The notes under the pieces are model-generated. The model worked only from the letters and a program-made list of their open reading frames with translations. It ran no database searches and was not told where the DNA came from. A DNA stretch of 64,000 bases from Bugula neritina (Eukaryota; Animalia; Bryozoa). Each line of letters opens with the position of its first letter. Positions within the stretch are counted from its first letter, which is position 1. This document shows positions 13,075-27,237 of this stretch, in pieces. The position numbers and the translations under genes were made by a program. Where the stretch lies: contig OZ037773.1 of assembly GCA_964035545.1 (NCBI GenBank), forward strand, positions 9,949,751 through 10,013,750, in the 5' to 3' direction.

Positions 13075-13232
13075 CACCACTGTGACATATGTTATACATT
13101 ACTGTGACAATGTTATATAAACACCACTGTGACATACGTTATTATATACACCGCTGTGACAATGTTATAGTTATACACCGCTGTGACAATGTTATACATG
13201 CACTGCTGTGACAATGTTATACACTGCTGTGT
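13075..13232. repeat. Short degenerate copy of the 21-bp minisatellite at the G2/G3 duplication junction
   Basis: Several TGTGACAATGTTATAC units, followed by sequence homologous to 6100 onward. Confidence 0.85.
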
Positions 13233-15330
13233 TATAGATTCAATACTTAAGCTACTTCTAGCTTTGTAGCCTTTAACATATCCTGCGTATGAATAATAAT
13301 ACTGTATATAAGCAAGCATTTCTATTAGTGTAATTGACATGTAATAGATGAATTTGTTTTTAAAGAAATTAGCAAAAGATTGCACTTGAAAATAATTAAT
13401 ATTACTATTATTATTTTTTTATTTCTTCCACCTTCTTAAAACACTTTTTATTGTTGAGCACTTCCTATTAACGATAACTGATAGTTGCATAAACCAAACA
13501 TTCATTTGTACAAACAAATCTAAAAATCAAATTAAATATGAATGTAAATTAAAATTTACATAATTAAAACACACTAATAAAAAGCTTTATTAGTCTTTTA
13601 GGGTTTCTGTACTACTTTAAACAAAACACATGAAAATGGACAATTAGGGCTTATAAACCAACATAGTAGAATTTTTAATTGAAAAAACAGGCATAGCAGA
13701 AGACAGGTGATAAAGGATCATGGGCTTTTAATGAACATTTTTGGTATCTTTATTCTGCTCTCACTTCCCATTCTCTTATCACTTACTTTTTAAGCTCTTC
13801 CTTTTTCTACCTGACAGTTCTATGAATAAATGCTAAACTTTTTATGCATTATTATATAGTTGAAATTAATTAATAGAAAAGCCTTTGTGACCAACATTGA
13901 ACTTTACAAAATCGGTTAGGATGATGCAAAAACTTGATAATATAAGAAATTGCAGAAGTATGTGTTTGAGTGATTGGCATGAATCATTATGGTGTCTTCC
14001 TAATTTCCTTTTCAGGTAAAAAGTAAAGAAATGTTTCATGCTGATATTTGTTTTCTATTTTGTTGAACACACGCATCGTGTCATTTTATATCCTAGCTGT
14101 GTATAATCTGTGGTCATTACCAATTTGTACGCTACATTCCGCGGCACAATGTCGTTAACATTTTTTATTCTATTTTAACATTATATCAATTGACACAACT
14201 GAAGTTATACTAACTATAATAGTGCTATAGTTGATGTAGACACTACAATATATATCATAACTCAAACTATATCTGCTTGTAAACAATTAATTCAAAAGTA
14301 TAATTATATCAAGGAACAGCTGCAATGGTTGATAAAAGTTTCATATAAGAACAGTATTATGAATGCAACAATTTAAGCTAAACTATTTTCAATTTTGTGG
14401 TGTTGAATGCAATATAGTAGATTATTTGAAAGTTTTATCATAAGAAAGTATAAAAACCCATCAAAACAAGACTCTTGTTCAAATTGTATTATGACAGAAA
14501 GCTCAAAGTCTTCCAATAGATGTAAACAAACAAAATTGAAGCATGTAGTTATTAAATAGAAAGCAGAATAAAATATAATACATTTTAATTTAATAATGTG
14601 AATTTCATTCTTAAAATTTAACATGTTATTATACTGTTATTTTATATGCTAATATATTATATAATAATAATATATAGCTATTATTAATAATATAGTGTGA
14701 ATTTTAATATAATAATTATTGTATATATTATGTTTTAGCACGGCACGCTCTACTATAATAATTTATGTTAAATATTATAATAATTTATATTTTGAAATAA
14801 TGCAAGCTGTAAAGAAAGGCAAAAGAACTGTATTATCATTTTTGTTGTAGACAACAAAAATGATTCAATTGTTTAAATGGAAGCCAAGTATACAAAGTGT
14901 TGGTTAATCTTATAATAACACTCTTACATGAAATTGTTATGCTATTTGTTGCAAATTATTTCAGCTTTTACGAGTTATTTTGAGTTAATTAGGTGAAAAT
15001 ATAAGTAGAAGAAACAATATTTTACAAGCATGTAAAGCACTATGACTAAAATGTGATCAGTTTATTCTTCAGTTATTACACAAGACCTTTTCACTAACCT
15101 GATAGACTGCTAATTGACTACCTACAAAGAGTAGGAGTATAAGTCTACGTGATAATTATAAGTGATATATTAATTAGAGTTAGGCACAAGAGAGATTGGT
15201 TCCTTCCTTAAAATGCATGGCTACAGATCCTGGATGAAATGGAGGATGTATCTGTCTTATACTGTCAAAGGAAGTATAACTGCAGTCCTAATAAAGTGCT
15301 CAAGTATTATGATTGCAAAATTTTTGCGAA
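13230..15330 (+). repeat. Segmental duplicate of ~6100-8200 (upstream regions of G2 and G3)
   Basis: Long co-linear similarity, e.g. 6480-6920 versus 13575-14020. Confidence 0.9.
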
Positions 15331-15734
15331 ATCGCACTGTTCTGTCTAATTAGGCTAAAAGTTCTAATTGCACTATTCTCAAACTGGTATGTCAATTTTT
15401 GTGTAAAGAATTACTTCGGCAGCAATTGAAAAGGTTAATTAAAAAGTTGCCATTTATCTAACATGAACTGCATGTTTTACAAAATTGAAGTTAAAAATAA
15501 TATAATTAGGCATGTAAACCTAACTTCAATGTCAAAATGAAATGTTAGCAAACTCTAAATATTTTTACCAAAATGTGTGATAGCCAATTACACTCAAGTG
15601 GTGTCATGACTTAGAACTATATAGGACCTTATTTTCTGGATTTAATTCTATATAACATAATTATTTATTAAAATAATTGAATCATATAGTATTATTGTTT
15701 GTAGAGATATTGTAATTATACCCAATGGACAGAA

Positions 15735-15977
15735 GCTGACACTGAATTATCCCACCAACTATCAATCAAAGACTTATTGCTTCCTTTTCCTCACGCGTAC
15801 AGATGCACATTATTTGTGATAAATTACAGCAGTATTTCCTTATTTAGAAGTGAACCGTCAAATCAAAGAATTAAGGTGATAGATTGATATCTTTTCTAGA
15901 GTATATAAGGAGAGAGTTTTACATCTCGAATCATAGTCTCAGATTCAGCTGAAATCTAAACTACCACTCAAAGCATC
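15735..15977 (+). promoter_or_regulatory. G3 promoter and 5'UTR
   Basis: TATATAA 15902-15908; same conserved block. Confidence 0.75.
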
Positions 15978-18255
15978 ATGGGTAAGTTGATATGGTGTTG
16001 TTGAAATTTTTTGTAATATTATATTATTTTTACTTTCAAATTTGTAGCGACATCAAAATTGCAAACCTGCACTTAGCAAAAAAGCTAAAGCTTTATTTGA
16101 GAAGTATAAAAACAGTTTCAATAAGTAATAACTTCAATTAAAATTAATATTTTTAGAATGATCTTTTAATTATCATTTTAAAAACCTTTTAAAACTGAAA
16201 CTAGATAAGACTGAATTTAAAATTCTATTTATGATTTTTAGAAACAAAAAACTAAATTGTCTCTACATGAAAAAATGCAATCTACTAAATATAAAAAGAC
16301 AAATGTTGAATATTTATATTTTTTAAGCGATTTGAAATTGCTTGTTTTTATGAAGTATAATAAATTAAAATTACAAAAGAACATATAATGACTGCTTTAA
16401 AGCTGCAAAAAATAGCTTATTATTATAGATTATATGTTTAGTTGTTATATTAGTATTGTATTTTACCGCCATTTTTTGTATGTTTTTAGACCGAAAAGTT
16501 TTGATTGTTCTCCTTCTTGCAGGCATCATTGGTGAGTTTATCAGACTATTAGATGAATTTATATGTGTCTTGTTTGTTATTAGGTTGAAATTACTTTGAT
16601 TGAACTGCATTCCTTGTGTTTTTACTAAATCATCTTTAGTAACATATTATATACCTGCACTACTTTTTGAATAACACTTTCTGGTTTATGTTTTTAGGAT
16701 GCATTGCAGCCCGGGGATATTACAGCCATTATAAAGGTTCCCACGGAAAATGTAGGTATTCAAAATTCATGTGTGTAAAAATAAAAGAAATTTATTTTTG
16801 TTGCACTTCATGCGTCATTTGAGCGACTTGAATGTAGCTACAAAATTTGTATATATGTTATGCGTTCATCATAATTGTCTCCCTGTCAAGCATTTGAGCA
16901 ACAAATTTAAGACTGCCACTTTTTAAGTTATCATTCTGATAGCATTTGATAAATACTTGAATTTGATTTATAAGCAATAAGTAACATAATTGTTATTCTA
17001 ATTTTGTTTTTCTATAATAATTTTAAGTTAGTCACTAATGCTAAATATTTTAAGATGCAGCCTCTACGGCATATATAGTCTTTGAGTTATTATTGCACAT
17101 GCATCTTTTCTAACGAATAAATTATATTTCAGCATACCGATACTGGGGAAGCTGGAGCAGCTGGTCCAGATGCTCTAAGACCTGTGGTACTGGAACTCAA
17201 AGCCGATCAAGAAGATGCCTGACTAGATATGGATACCACCACGGCAGCAGCAGCAGAGGATGCTATGGCAAATCATACGAGACTAGATACTGCAACTACG
17301 GATGCTGCCCAGGTTAGTGGATGACTCTTAGAATACGTAATTATAGATCTTTGATGCTATATGCTGTCGTCAGGGCAACTATAGATAGCAAGTGATAAAT
17401 ATATTTAGAAGAGCTACATTATATGTAATTCAGTCATTGAATGTGCAAACTAAAAGCACATTCCGGTAAAAAGGATTTATAGCATGCAATATTTTCCACT
17501 ATTATTTGCTATATTATAATTATTGTCTCACCACAATGGTATTGAGTATATAACTTATATGATAGGTGGTTTACAGATAATGTAACTTTACACACGCTAA
17601 AGAAACTTATTGATTGATTACAGTTGATGGAGGTTGGTCATACTGGTCCAACTGGTCCAGAAGTCACCACAGCAAGGTCCAGACCAGAACCAGAACCTGT
17701 AGCAGACCTCACCCAAGATGTGGAGGAAGATACTGCAGAGGACCCAAGAGCCAAACCAGATGTGAGTCAAATGTATTCATAGACATCATAAGTCAGTTTA
17801 AACTCGTTAGCATAGTTTTGTTCACCAATCAATAACTGATGCATGGAGACAAAAGAATGTTGAAATGCGCCACCAATGAAATAAATATGAAAAAGCAATA
17901 TAAGAGACTTAATGTACTTTGTTGTTTTGATTGAAACTTAACTGCTAAGCAAAGTTTCATCTAGAAATGATAAATTAAATATTTTTGTTTTGGATACATT
18001 CATTCAAACAAAATCAATTTTGTAAAATGGTTAAAATTTTAAATAAAGTGCATAATAACTAAGTTAGCAAATCTAGACAGGCTAAATATGTTACAGACAT
18101 GCAGAGTTGTATAATATTTAATCACAATATAGATAATTGATTGAAAATAAGTACATATTATATTTTTATGACATCTAATAAACACAATAAGCTAATAGAT
18201 TAAGTGTGAAGAAAAGTCAGATGTATTTAATTTTGCAGACTCCGGATATTACTAA
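15978..18255 (+). CDS. G3: secreted small basic Tyr-rich protein with TSR1 + reduced TSR2, 144 aa
   Basis: Exons 15978-15981, 16490-16531, 16698-16751, 17133-17312, 17624-17761, 18239-18255; exon 3 encodes GCIAARGYYSHYKGSHGK; ends YSGYY*. Confidence 0.92.
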
Positions 18256-20421
18256 ACATCTCCCAAACCCAACCCGTGAAAGTCATTTCACATGAAGAAA
18301 CCAGGACTAGATATTCACATTGACTTCAAGACCATTTGTTTCATTGATTTGTTGAATGTTGTTTATTGTTAATGAACTTTTAATGAAATTTGTTATCCAA
18401 CTTTGTTATGTTGAATCTAAATAAACAGTTTAGCATGTAAGAATATTATTTTGTTTCTTTCATCAGAAAAGCTTTTTGAAAAGCAATGCAGACTATTTAC
18501 AAAGTAGAACATTGAAGGTTTACTTTTATAAAGTATAATATCCGCTGTAAATTATGTCATAAAAAAACACCCAATTGGTATATTATACTAAAAAAAATAA
18601 GCAGAATGATGATTTTAGATATTTTCACATATCCAAAACTCTTATTTTGAAAAATAACTTGTACTAGCTTGTAATACTCATGAGAGTAAATTTACCTATA
18701 AAAGAGTCTGTAAGTTGTTGTCTGCTGTTTGGCAGCACACTCCCATCTACTCCCTATTCTCTCAGCTTCTTCACGACTTATTCACTTCTTGCCACATCCT
18801 AAACTTAAGTTTTGTTTCCTTTGAGTTTCCTTGCCTAAAAATTTGAGAATTTATTGAGGAAACAATCTTTCTTTATATCTTAGGCACACAAGATACACAT
18901 GTAATATTTTTGTGGTCGAAAGTAAGTTATTAAGTCACATGACTTGCTGTTTGACTATAATGAATCAAACCAGGCAATTGTTATCTAATGGTATTACATT
19001 AGATAATGTGATATACCATTCGAGTTAGTGTTAGTATCCATATTCGTGCATCTATTCACATTATTATACATTCTTCATGTCACATTGATGTATAGGCTTC
19101 AGTGAAAACGTCCAGTAAAGCTGCTCAAATACATTGTGTGTGGCCAGTTGGATTTGTCATAACCATGTACTATCATGTTTATTGTAAAATGATAAGATGT
19201 TTAATTAATGGCAATTGACTATACTCTTTGATAAACTGGCAGTGATCTCACAAACTACATAATGAAAAATTTGGAGCATGCTTCATCCATAGCACAGTAG
19301 TTAATTTAAGTGCTTTGTATCACTGCCATGCAGATTTCATGTAGCTTCTAGAACAATAAGTCTAATAACTTACTACAAAAACAACAAAAGATATTTGCAA
19401 TTACTGCATCATATTGCAGTAATAGTAGCAAGGATTTCCTACATTGAAAATTATTACAAAATAACGTGATGCTTATAGATGAAGCTATTTTAAGTTTGTG
19501 TGTTAAATACAATAGGTTAAATTAGATAAAAAATGAAAGCCAATAACTTTGATATGGTGAATTATGAATCGCCCACTTTCCATTCTATAACCCATTCCAT
19601 TCTTTGCAGGACAAATAATTGCAGCTATCATTTTTTGAACCTGAACTGCAATAGATAAAAGCTTACTTTGCATTTTGAAAGAAGCTTGCCTTCAATAATT
19701 TTTACATCTGCTTTTTTTAAAAGCTGCAACAATTGAAGTTTGCATATCGTATATAATTATATACTGAAACACAATAAAACGACAAGACTTGAATAATATG
19801 GAAGTGGGTAAGAAGTTGAGGCTAGGAAAATTTATTATAATGCATATCAATAAAACAATATTATATTCATTGTTTTAGTCATGTTTTTCTAAAAATTAAA
19901 TGAAAAACAACCTAAACATTTATATAAATATGCAAGAGCTTCCAGGTGCACGCATTATATAGAAGATGAGAGCAGGACTAAAGTATTATACAATGCATTT
20001 CACAGAGAATCTGCGATTAACTTGTACTACAAGTTTATAAACATCATTATTTTCAAAATTTCCTCCATTATATGCGCTGCAAAAGCAAATAACTTGAGTA
20101 TACAAATATCAGTGCAAAGCACTATATAAACATGCTATATGTATTTCATTCATATTATTATGTTATATGATTTGTGCTTTGTAGAACTTTTCTAAGTCAC
20201 ACTGCTTAATAAAATAAGTCTATAGTGAAATTTTGTTTGTCAAACAGATTTATTTAACACAACTAACTAAAACAGCAAAATATATTAAAAACAATTATAT
20301 TCAACGGAAAGTAAATTAACAAATCAAAATCAATTAAGCGAATTGTCTTGGGGTCATCATGGATATTCTGCCATGTTTCTTTTAAGTGAAATCACTTGCA
20401 AAGCACAGTGTTGGACAGGGT

Positions 20422-22250
20422 TTAGTAATATCCAGAGTCTACAACAAGAAAACATGTTCACAGTTAGAAAGCTTTTATTCTATGTACAGCATATAGCAAA
20501 TCTTATGTATATATATAGCAAATTTTGTTAAATTTTATTGCAGTAAAAACATATTGGCATAATGATTTAATATGGAAATATACTAGCTTTTAGATGTAAT
20601 AATATGACCTTTCTTTAATATATTCAATATCATTAATTTCATTCAAGGTTTTAATAAATTGAATGTCATATTCTTATTTATTTAATTTTTGAAGAAAATT
20701 TGCTTCAAAATTCAACACCATAATTAAAAAAAAATTTGAAGTAAATTGGTTTATTGTGTTTTGTGAAACTCACATCTGGTCTGTTTGGTGGGTCCTCTGC
20801 AGTATCTTCCTCCACATCTTGGGTAAGGTCTGCTACAGGTTCTGGTTCTGGTCTGGACTTTGCTTCTGTAAGTTCTGGACCAGTTGGACCAGTATGACCA
20901 ACCTCCATCAACTGGACAGCATCCAGTGTTACATCGTCTAGTCTCGTATGACCTGCCATAACATCCTCTGCTGCTGCTGCTGTGGTGGTATCCGTATCCA
21001 GTTATGCATCTTCTTGATCGGCTTTGAGTTCCACCACCACATGTCCTGGAGCATCTGGACCAGCTGCTCCAGCTTCCCCAGTATTGGTAAGCTGAAATAT
21101 AATTTACTTCCTATTAAACTCTTGTGTAATGATTGCTATATTTATAATTATAATTTTACTTTATAAAACTTGAAAACTCAACAACTATAATGAGAAGTGA
21201 ACAGAAAATTTGGATATAAATCATGCCGTTTAATAGCTATATATCAGTCATATTCCGTGAAAATTTAGTAATAATTTCACTTTAGAAAATTTGAAAAAAA
21301 CTGGAAAAGGCATCAAACTAATTTGGTAAGTAGTTGTGCATAAAACTATATGTTTGTTGCCTGAATGCATAAAATGAGAAAAATTTCGTTATACAGTTGC
21401 TTATACAGATGATATGCACTTAAATCGCAACCAATATAATTTGCACAAGATTTTGTGCATATGTAAATTTTGAATACCTACATCTTCCGTGAGATACTCG
21501 ATGATGTCCACCTGGGTGGCCGTAGTATCCTGCAGCTGCAATGTATCCTGAAAGCAGAAACCGGAGCAAATGTTATTCAAAAGTATTATAGGTTTGGTGT
21601 TTATATACTTGCTTATTTTGATAGAATATGAAGTAAACTGGTGCGTCAGTTTTATCAAATTAGATTTAGCTTATTGACAGACACAGAGCATATAAATTGA
21701 TTCAATAATCTGATAAACTCACCAATGATGCCTGCAAGAAGGAGAACGATCAAAACTTTTCGGTCTAAAAACATACAAAGAGTTTCAATGAAATGGCAAT
21801 ACTATATAACAATTAAACGGGTAATTAACTTAGTTGCTAAGTTATGGAGCTCTTGAACAGTCATTAAGATTTTTTGTGATTTAATTTTTACTCTATAAAG
21901 AAGATCACACTGTTTGAAAAATAATGTAAACCCTGAGCGCATGTATGTTTACTTATATTTGATAACAATTTTCTATAAAGGTACACTAGTTTTATAGCAA
22001 AACTGGCTGAAGTCTAAGTTTAAAAATATAATTTCAAAGACTTTAGAAAATTTGGAATTGAAGTAATTTGGTTACAAAAATCTATATATATATATAAATT
22101 ATTGAAATTACTATTTATTAAAACTGCTTTTATTCTTACTCAAACCAAGTTGCAATTGTCGTTTGCCTACCTCAGGTTGATATTACAAAACTAAATGTAA
22201 AAATATTTAATAATATAAGACATTTAAAAACATTAATAAAACTTACCCAT
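20422..22250 (-). CDS. G4: secreted small basic Tyr-rich two-TSR protein, 148 aa, with the two TSR exons fused
   Basis: Exons 22247-22250, 21723-21764, 21482-21547, 20774-21091 (318 = 180+138 nt), 20422-20438; exon 3 encodes GYIAAAGYYGHPGGHHRVSHGR. Confidence 0.9.
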
Positions 22251-22500
22251 GATGCTTTGGGTGGTAGTTTAGATTTCAGCTGAATCTGAGACTATGATTT
22301 GAGATGTAAAACTCTCTTCTTATATACTCTAAAAAAGTCATCAATCTTTTACCTTAATTATTTGGTTTGACAGCTCACTTCCAAATAAGAAAACACTGCT
22401 GTAATTTATCACAAATTATGTGTATCTGTATGCGTGAGGAAAAGGAAGGAATAATTATTTGATTGATAGCCGGTGAGTTAATTTGGTATCAGTTTGTGTC
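22251..22500 (-). promoter_or_regulatory. G4 promoter and 5'UTR
   Basis: TATATAA 22320-22326; conserved block. Confidence 0.75.
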
Positions 22501-23640
22501 TATTGAATATAATTACAATATCTCTCTACAGACAATAGTATATTTTGATTTATTATATGAAATTGTGTGATATCCAGTTTTTCAAATAAATCTAATTAAT
22601 ATTCTAGCTCTTAAGTCATAAAACCACTCAACTTTAATTGAATGTCCTACATTTTAGTGAAACTATCTTGAGCTAATTGCTAACATTGCACTTTGGATGG
22701 CACTGAAATGAGCTTTTATGTGCCTTTTAGTTTTTAAACTTTGCCATTTGTGGTTATAAAGATAAATTGCAACTTTTAGATTAAATTTGTTATTTGTTGC
22801 CAAAAATATTTAAGCAAATTCTCTTTACAGAAAGATATTTTGGACATAGTACAGTTTTATACAAATGCAATGCTTTAGCTAGCAACAGCGAGTTTTTTAC
22901 ATGCTATGGTACAATTTGATCAAACTAGCCAAGTGAACATAAAAGCCAATATAGTTTTTCACCCAAGTATTCATGAGCCTTGCTTTTTCTTTCAGCTCCT
23001 TAATCTAAAGTTGTACAGACTTATTTAATATCTAAAGATGCATATCTTTTTTCAGATAAACAAATCTTCTATTAAGTTAAAATGCATTTGCAAAAATATT
23101 AACACCTAGTTTTTAAATTAAAGTGATATGCTTTGTACGCAGATAGCAATTACAGCTTGTTCCCGACTAAGATAGTAGCTAAACTACAACACGGGCAAAG
23201 GTCATAGTTCACAGGTAACTTTGCTATTTCATCCTAATTGTTAATATTATAGTGTTCAAAAGCAGTGTTTCCGTTTTCGCTCTTTCCTATTAATTATAAG
23301 AGGCGCGGCTGTTTATTTGTTATGGAATGGCTATTATTTTACCACCAAGTTATATGAAAATATTTTACCAATAATAAAAAAAATAAATTGTTCAAATGCA
23401 TAGTGAAAGTATTTATTTATGATATATATTAACTTAGCTTGTATTGCCATACATCATATATAGCTGACAAGACTATAAATGTTTTCTAATGTGGAATTAC
23501 TACACTATGTAGTCATTGAGCTATTATCAGATATTCAGTTATCTCAGGAATGAAATCTATTAGCATATTATACTCATTGTGTCATCACTATGGCAACAGA
23601 GATGTTGATAGTCTTGATCTATATAATGAGATAATATATG

Positions 23641-23685
23641 CTTTGCTGATGAGGGGACAAATCCCGAAACAGAGGCTGACCACAG
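23641..23685 (+). ncRNA. Degenerate minimal type I hammerhead ribozyme (probable Penelope-like element relic)
   Basis: ctttg-CTGATGA-gggg acaaa tccc-GAAA-cag agg ctg-AC-cacag. Both core boxes and stems II and III are present; the cleavage triplet reads GAC instead of GTC; stem I has one mismatch. Confidence 0.65.
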
Positions 23686-25234
23686 ATTGAGGTGTATATA
23701 TTTATATACACATGCACGCACGCAATGATGGCCATTTTGAAAAATAATATTGCCTAATTTTTAATTAGCAAGTTAACTACAATCTTTTTGTGAAATGGTG
23801 TTAATAATACTTTATCATATGTTCTGCTATTATTTAGTTTTTTTTCTACTGCATATTGTTGAAATTTCTTGCATAAATATAAAATATTAAAGAATAATTT
23901 TGGTTGAATTAATATATTATTTTTCAGTAGAACATGAAACTCATTAAGAATATTTTGCTATAATACATTGGCTCAACTTTCTCTGCAATTTAATCAGCTT
24001 ATACATTTTAGCAGCTGAAATATTCTTTATATGCACTCACTTTTTAAAGCCTGAATTATTGTGTCATATAGTATTTATTTCAGTAAACATTTTATAATTG
24101 TTGCAGTTCTAAAAGTTAGCTGATATTTAAAAAAATAATTGAAAGAATGGAGGTTGAACTTTTAGAAAGCTTTCTTCAGAATTCAAAGTAAACTTTTCTC
24201 TGTTGCATTTCAAGTTCAAGAAATAGTGGCTGTAATTATTTTTTCATGTAGCACTCCATGATCATGTGTAAACAATGGTATAATATGTAGAAATTGCTGC
24301 TATATAGATGAGAAGGAGCGGAAAAGTTAATAAAGATTCACTACCATATTGTAAGTACTACTTTCCATGTTTTATTTCCCACTTCTACTGATTGAAGCAC
24401 AATTAAACTAATATTTTTTGTCATTAAATTATTCTGTAATAATTTCAGATATATGCAATACTTCTATAGTTGGTATTATATACATAGCTTTTTTCTGCCA
24501 GCATTATTTTTCGATTATATATTGTTATAAAAGCTATCAGACAAATGAAAAGTACATGACATTTACAGAAATTGTTTCCTCAATTCACTAATGAATTCTT
24601 ATTTTTAGAAAAGAAAAAGAAAAGGAAACAAAACTAAGCTATGCTTAAAGTTGAAGATGTAGCAAGAAGTTTATAAGCTGTGAAAAAGCTGAGAGAATAG
24701 TGAGTATAGATGGAGGTGTGCTGGCATACATGGAGCAGGCAAAAACTTGTGGGTAGCTTCTGTTATAACATATAAGCAAACTTCTACCTTCATTCAATGA
24801 TATAGGTACAGGTATTTGAGAGTATTTTATTGTTACAGGTTATTCTTATTGATGAAAACTAGAGATATGTGAAAATATCTAAAATTATCATTCTGTTTAT
24901 TTTTGTCAGCATAAAACACCAACTGAATGTTTTTTATGAAGTAATTTACAGCAGATATTTGCAATATGAAAGCAGGTATTCCATGTTCTAGTTTGTACCC
25001 TGCATTGCTTTTTAAAAACTTTGCTGATAAAAGAAACAACAAAATATATTTAAATGCTAAACTGTTTATTTAGACTCAACATAACAAAGTTGGATAACAA
25101 ATTTCATTAAAAGTTCATCAATAACAAACAACATTCAATAAATCAATTAGGCAAAAGGTCTAGAAGTCATTATGAATATCTGGTTCTGGGTTCTTCATGT
25201 GAAATAACTTTCACGGGTCGGGTTTGGTGGGTGT

Positions 25235-27237
25235 TTAGTAGTATCCAGAATCTACAAGATATAAAACTTGAATAAGTACACATGACAACACTTTATGCAA
25301 TTTAGTAACTTTTTGGGTTGATTACAGTTTATTAAAGTTTATGTTTATATTGTCTTAGTTTAGGCAATTAAATGAATCTTGTGTAATATATTCAACTATA
25401 TGTATATGTGAAATAGGCAGCCAAAGTATAAGTATCAGTTGTGTGTCATTTATATTATCCACTCAAAGGGTATACAAAGTTGTGATGAGTTAATATATCA
25501 CTGAATAAGTAATTAATTTTTTACTTTTTATGAAATTTTTCATCAGTTATTTTTCACCTCAAAAGAAAATTTTTAGCTTTTGAATTTTTATTTAAATTTT
25601 AATCAGTAGTAACTTGTACGAAATTTTCATCCACTCATAGTTATAGTCTGCTGGGCAAAGTTTTTCTTATATTTATATAATGTACAAAACTGAAAGATAT
25701 AAACTTGTCAGACTCACATCTGGTCTGTTTGGTGGGTCCGCTGCAGTATCTTCCTCCACATGTTGGTTGAGGTCTGTTACAGGTTCTGGTTCTGGTCTGG
25801 ACTCTGCTGTGGTAATTTCTGGACCAGTTGGACCAGTATGACCAACCTCCATCAACTGGGCAGCATCCAGTGTTGCATCGTCTAGTCTCGTATGAACTGC
25901 CATAACATCCTCTGCTGCCACCATGGTGGTATCCGTATCTGGTCTCACATCTTCTTGATCGGCTTTGAGTTCCACCGCCACATGTCCTAGAGCATCTGGA
26001 CCAGCTGCTCCAGCTTCCCCAGTATTTGTAAGCTGTAATACAATTTACTCCTTATATAAAACTCATGTTTAATAATTGCTATATTTGAGAATTTAGTAAT
26101 AATGTTACTTTATATAAAACTTGAAAACTCAACAACTTATGAGAAGTGAACATAAATTTAGAATATAAGCCATGTGAACGTTTAATTATCATTAGTTAAA
26201 ACTCAACAGTAATTGTGCAGAAAACTCTAACTTCATAAAATAATTGCTTTAAATTGTTTACTCCAATGCATTTTATATAAGAAAAAAAAATTAGTGTTAT
26301 AGCTTTACTACAGTCACTCAACCAGATCACATATGAAATGCAACCAAGCATAAGTTTTTTAATTTCTTACAGAAATAAAGTTTGAACACCTACATTTTCC
26401 ATGTCCTCCTGGGTGGCTGTATCTACCAGCCGCAAAGCATCCTAAAAGCAGAAACGAAAGCAAATGTCTGAGAAATCATTTTAGGTTTAAAGCAAAAATG
26501 AAAACTTGTTTATATACTTACTTATGCTGAAAAAAGTTTAAATAAACTGATGCCGAAGTTTTATTCAAATATTTTTAATTTAATAACAAACCCAGAGCAT
26601 ATAAACCAATTTATTAGTCTAACAAACTCACCAATGATGCCTGCAAGAAGGAGAACTATAAAACTCTTCGGTCTAAAAGTATACAAAAAAGTATTAATAT
26701 AAAACATGCATAGCCATGCTTATTAGACAGAAGGTATGTTCAATGGGTCATCTGTGTAGTGCAACATTGTGTAATGAAATATTACGTAATATTTGCTGAA
26801 AAGACTTTCATCTTGAAAAACCAAAATTGGTGGGAGTTAAAGGATTATTACTATAAATCATAAAAAGTGTGTTTACTAAAAAGTATGTTTATAATCATTT
26901 TAAACTTATATAGAGATTGCAAAAATTTTATTTAGTAAATTTTGTTTTAGTATTTTAAATGCTTTGATAAAATATAATAAACTTTATAAGTTTAACAATT
27001 AAATACATACTTGTTACCAAATTTTAGACTATATATAATATATTCATCCACAGTGTTGGCTGTTTTCATTGTAAGAGTTCAAATAAAATAATAACTTTTT
27101 AAATATTGTCTTGTAAGGTTTTAAAAACCAACTCATGTTAATATGCTCAATTTAATTATAAAATCAAAACTAAAACTAATACATATATATATAATATTAT
27201 AAAAAATTGAAAAACACCCTTATATCAACTTACCCAT
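25235..27237 (-). pseudogene. G5: small two-TSR paralog with a 1-nt deletion in the signal-peptide exon (pseudogene, null allele or assembly error)
   Basis: Exons 27234-27237, 26632-26672 (41 nt instead of 42), 26394-26441, 25718-26032, 25235-25251. Reads MDRRVL* (TAG); all other exons and splice sites are intact. Confidence 0.75.

Noticed and set aside
25673-25981. Acidic ORFs 'EVGHTGPTGPE...SRPEPEPVADL' (also 442-627 and 20705-20959)
   Set aside because: Shifted frame of the TSR exons. Splice phases select the Trp/Cys frame, and paralog differences such as TGC/TGT and GGC/GGT are synonymous there.
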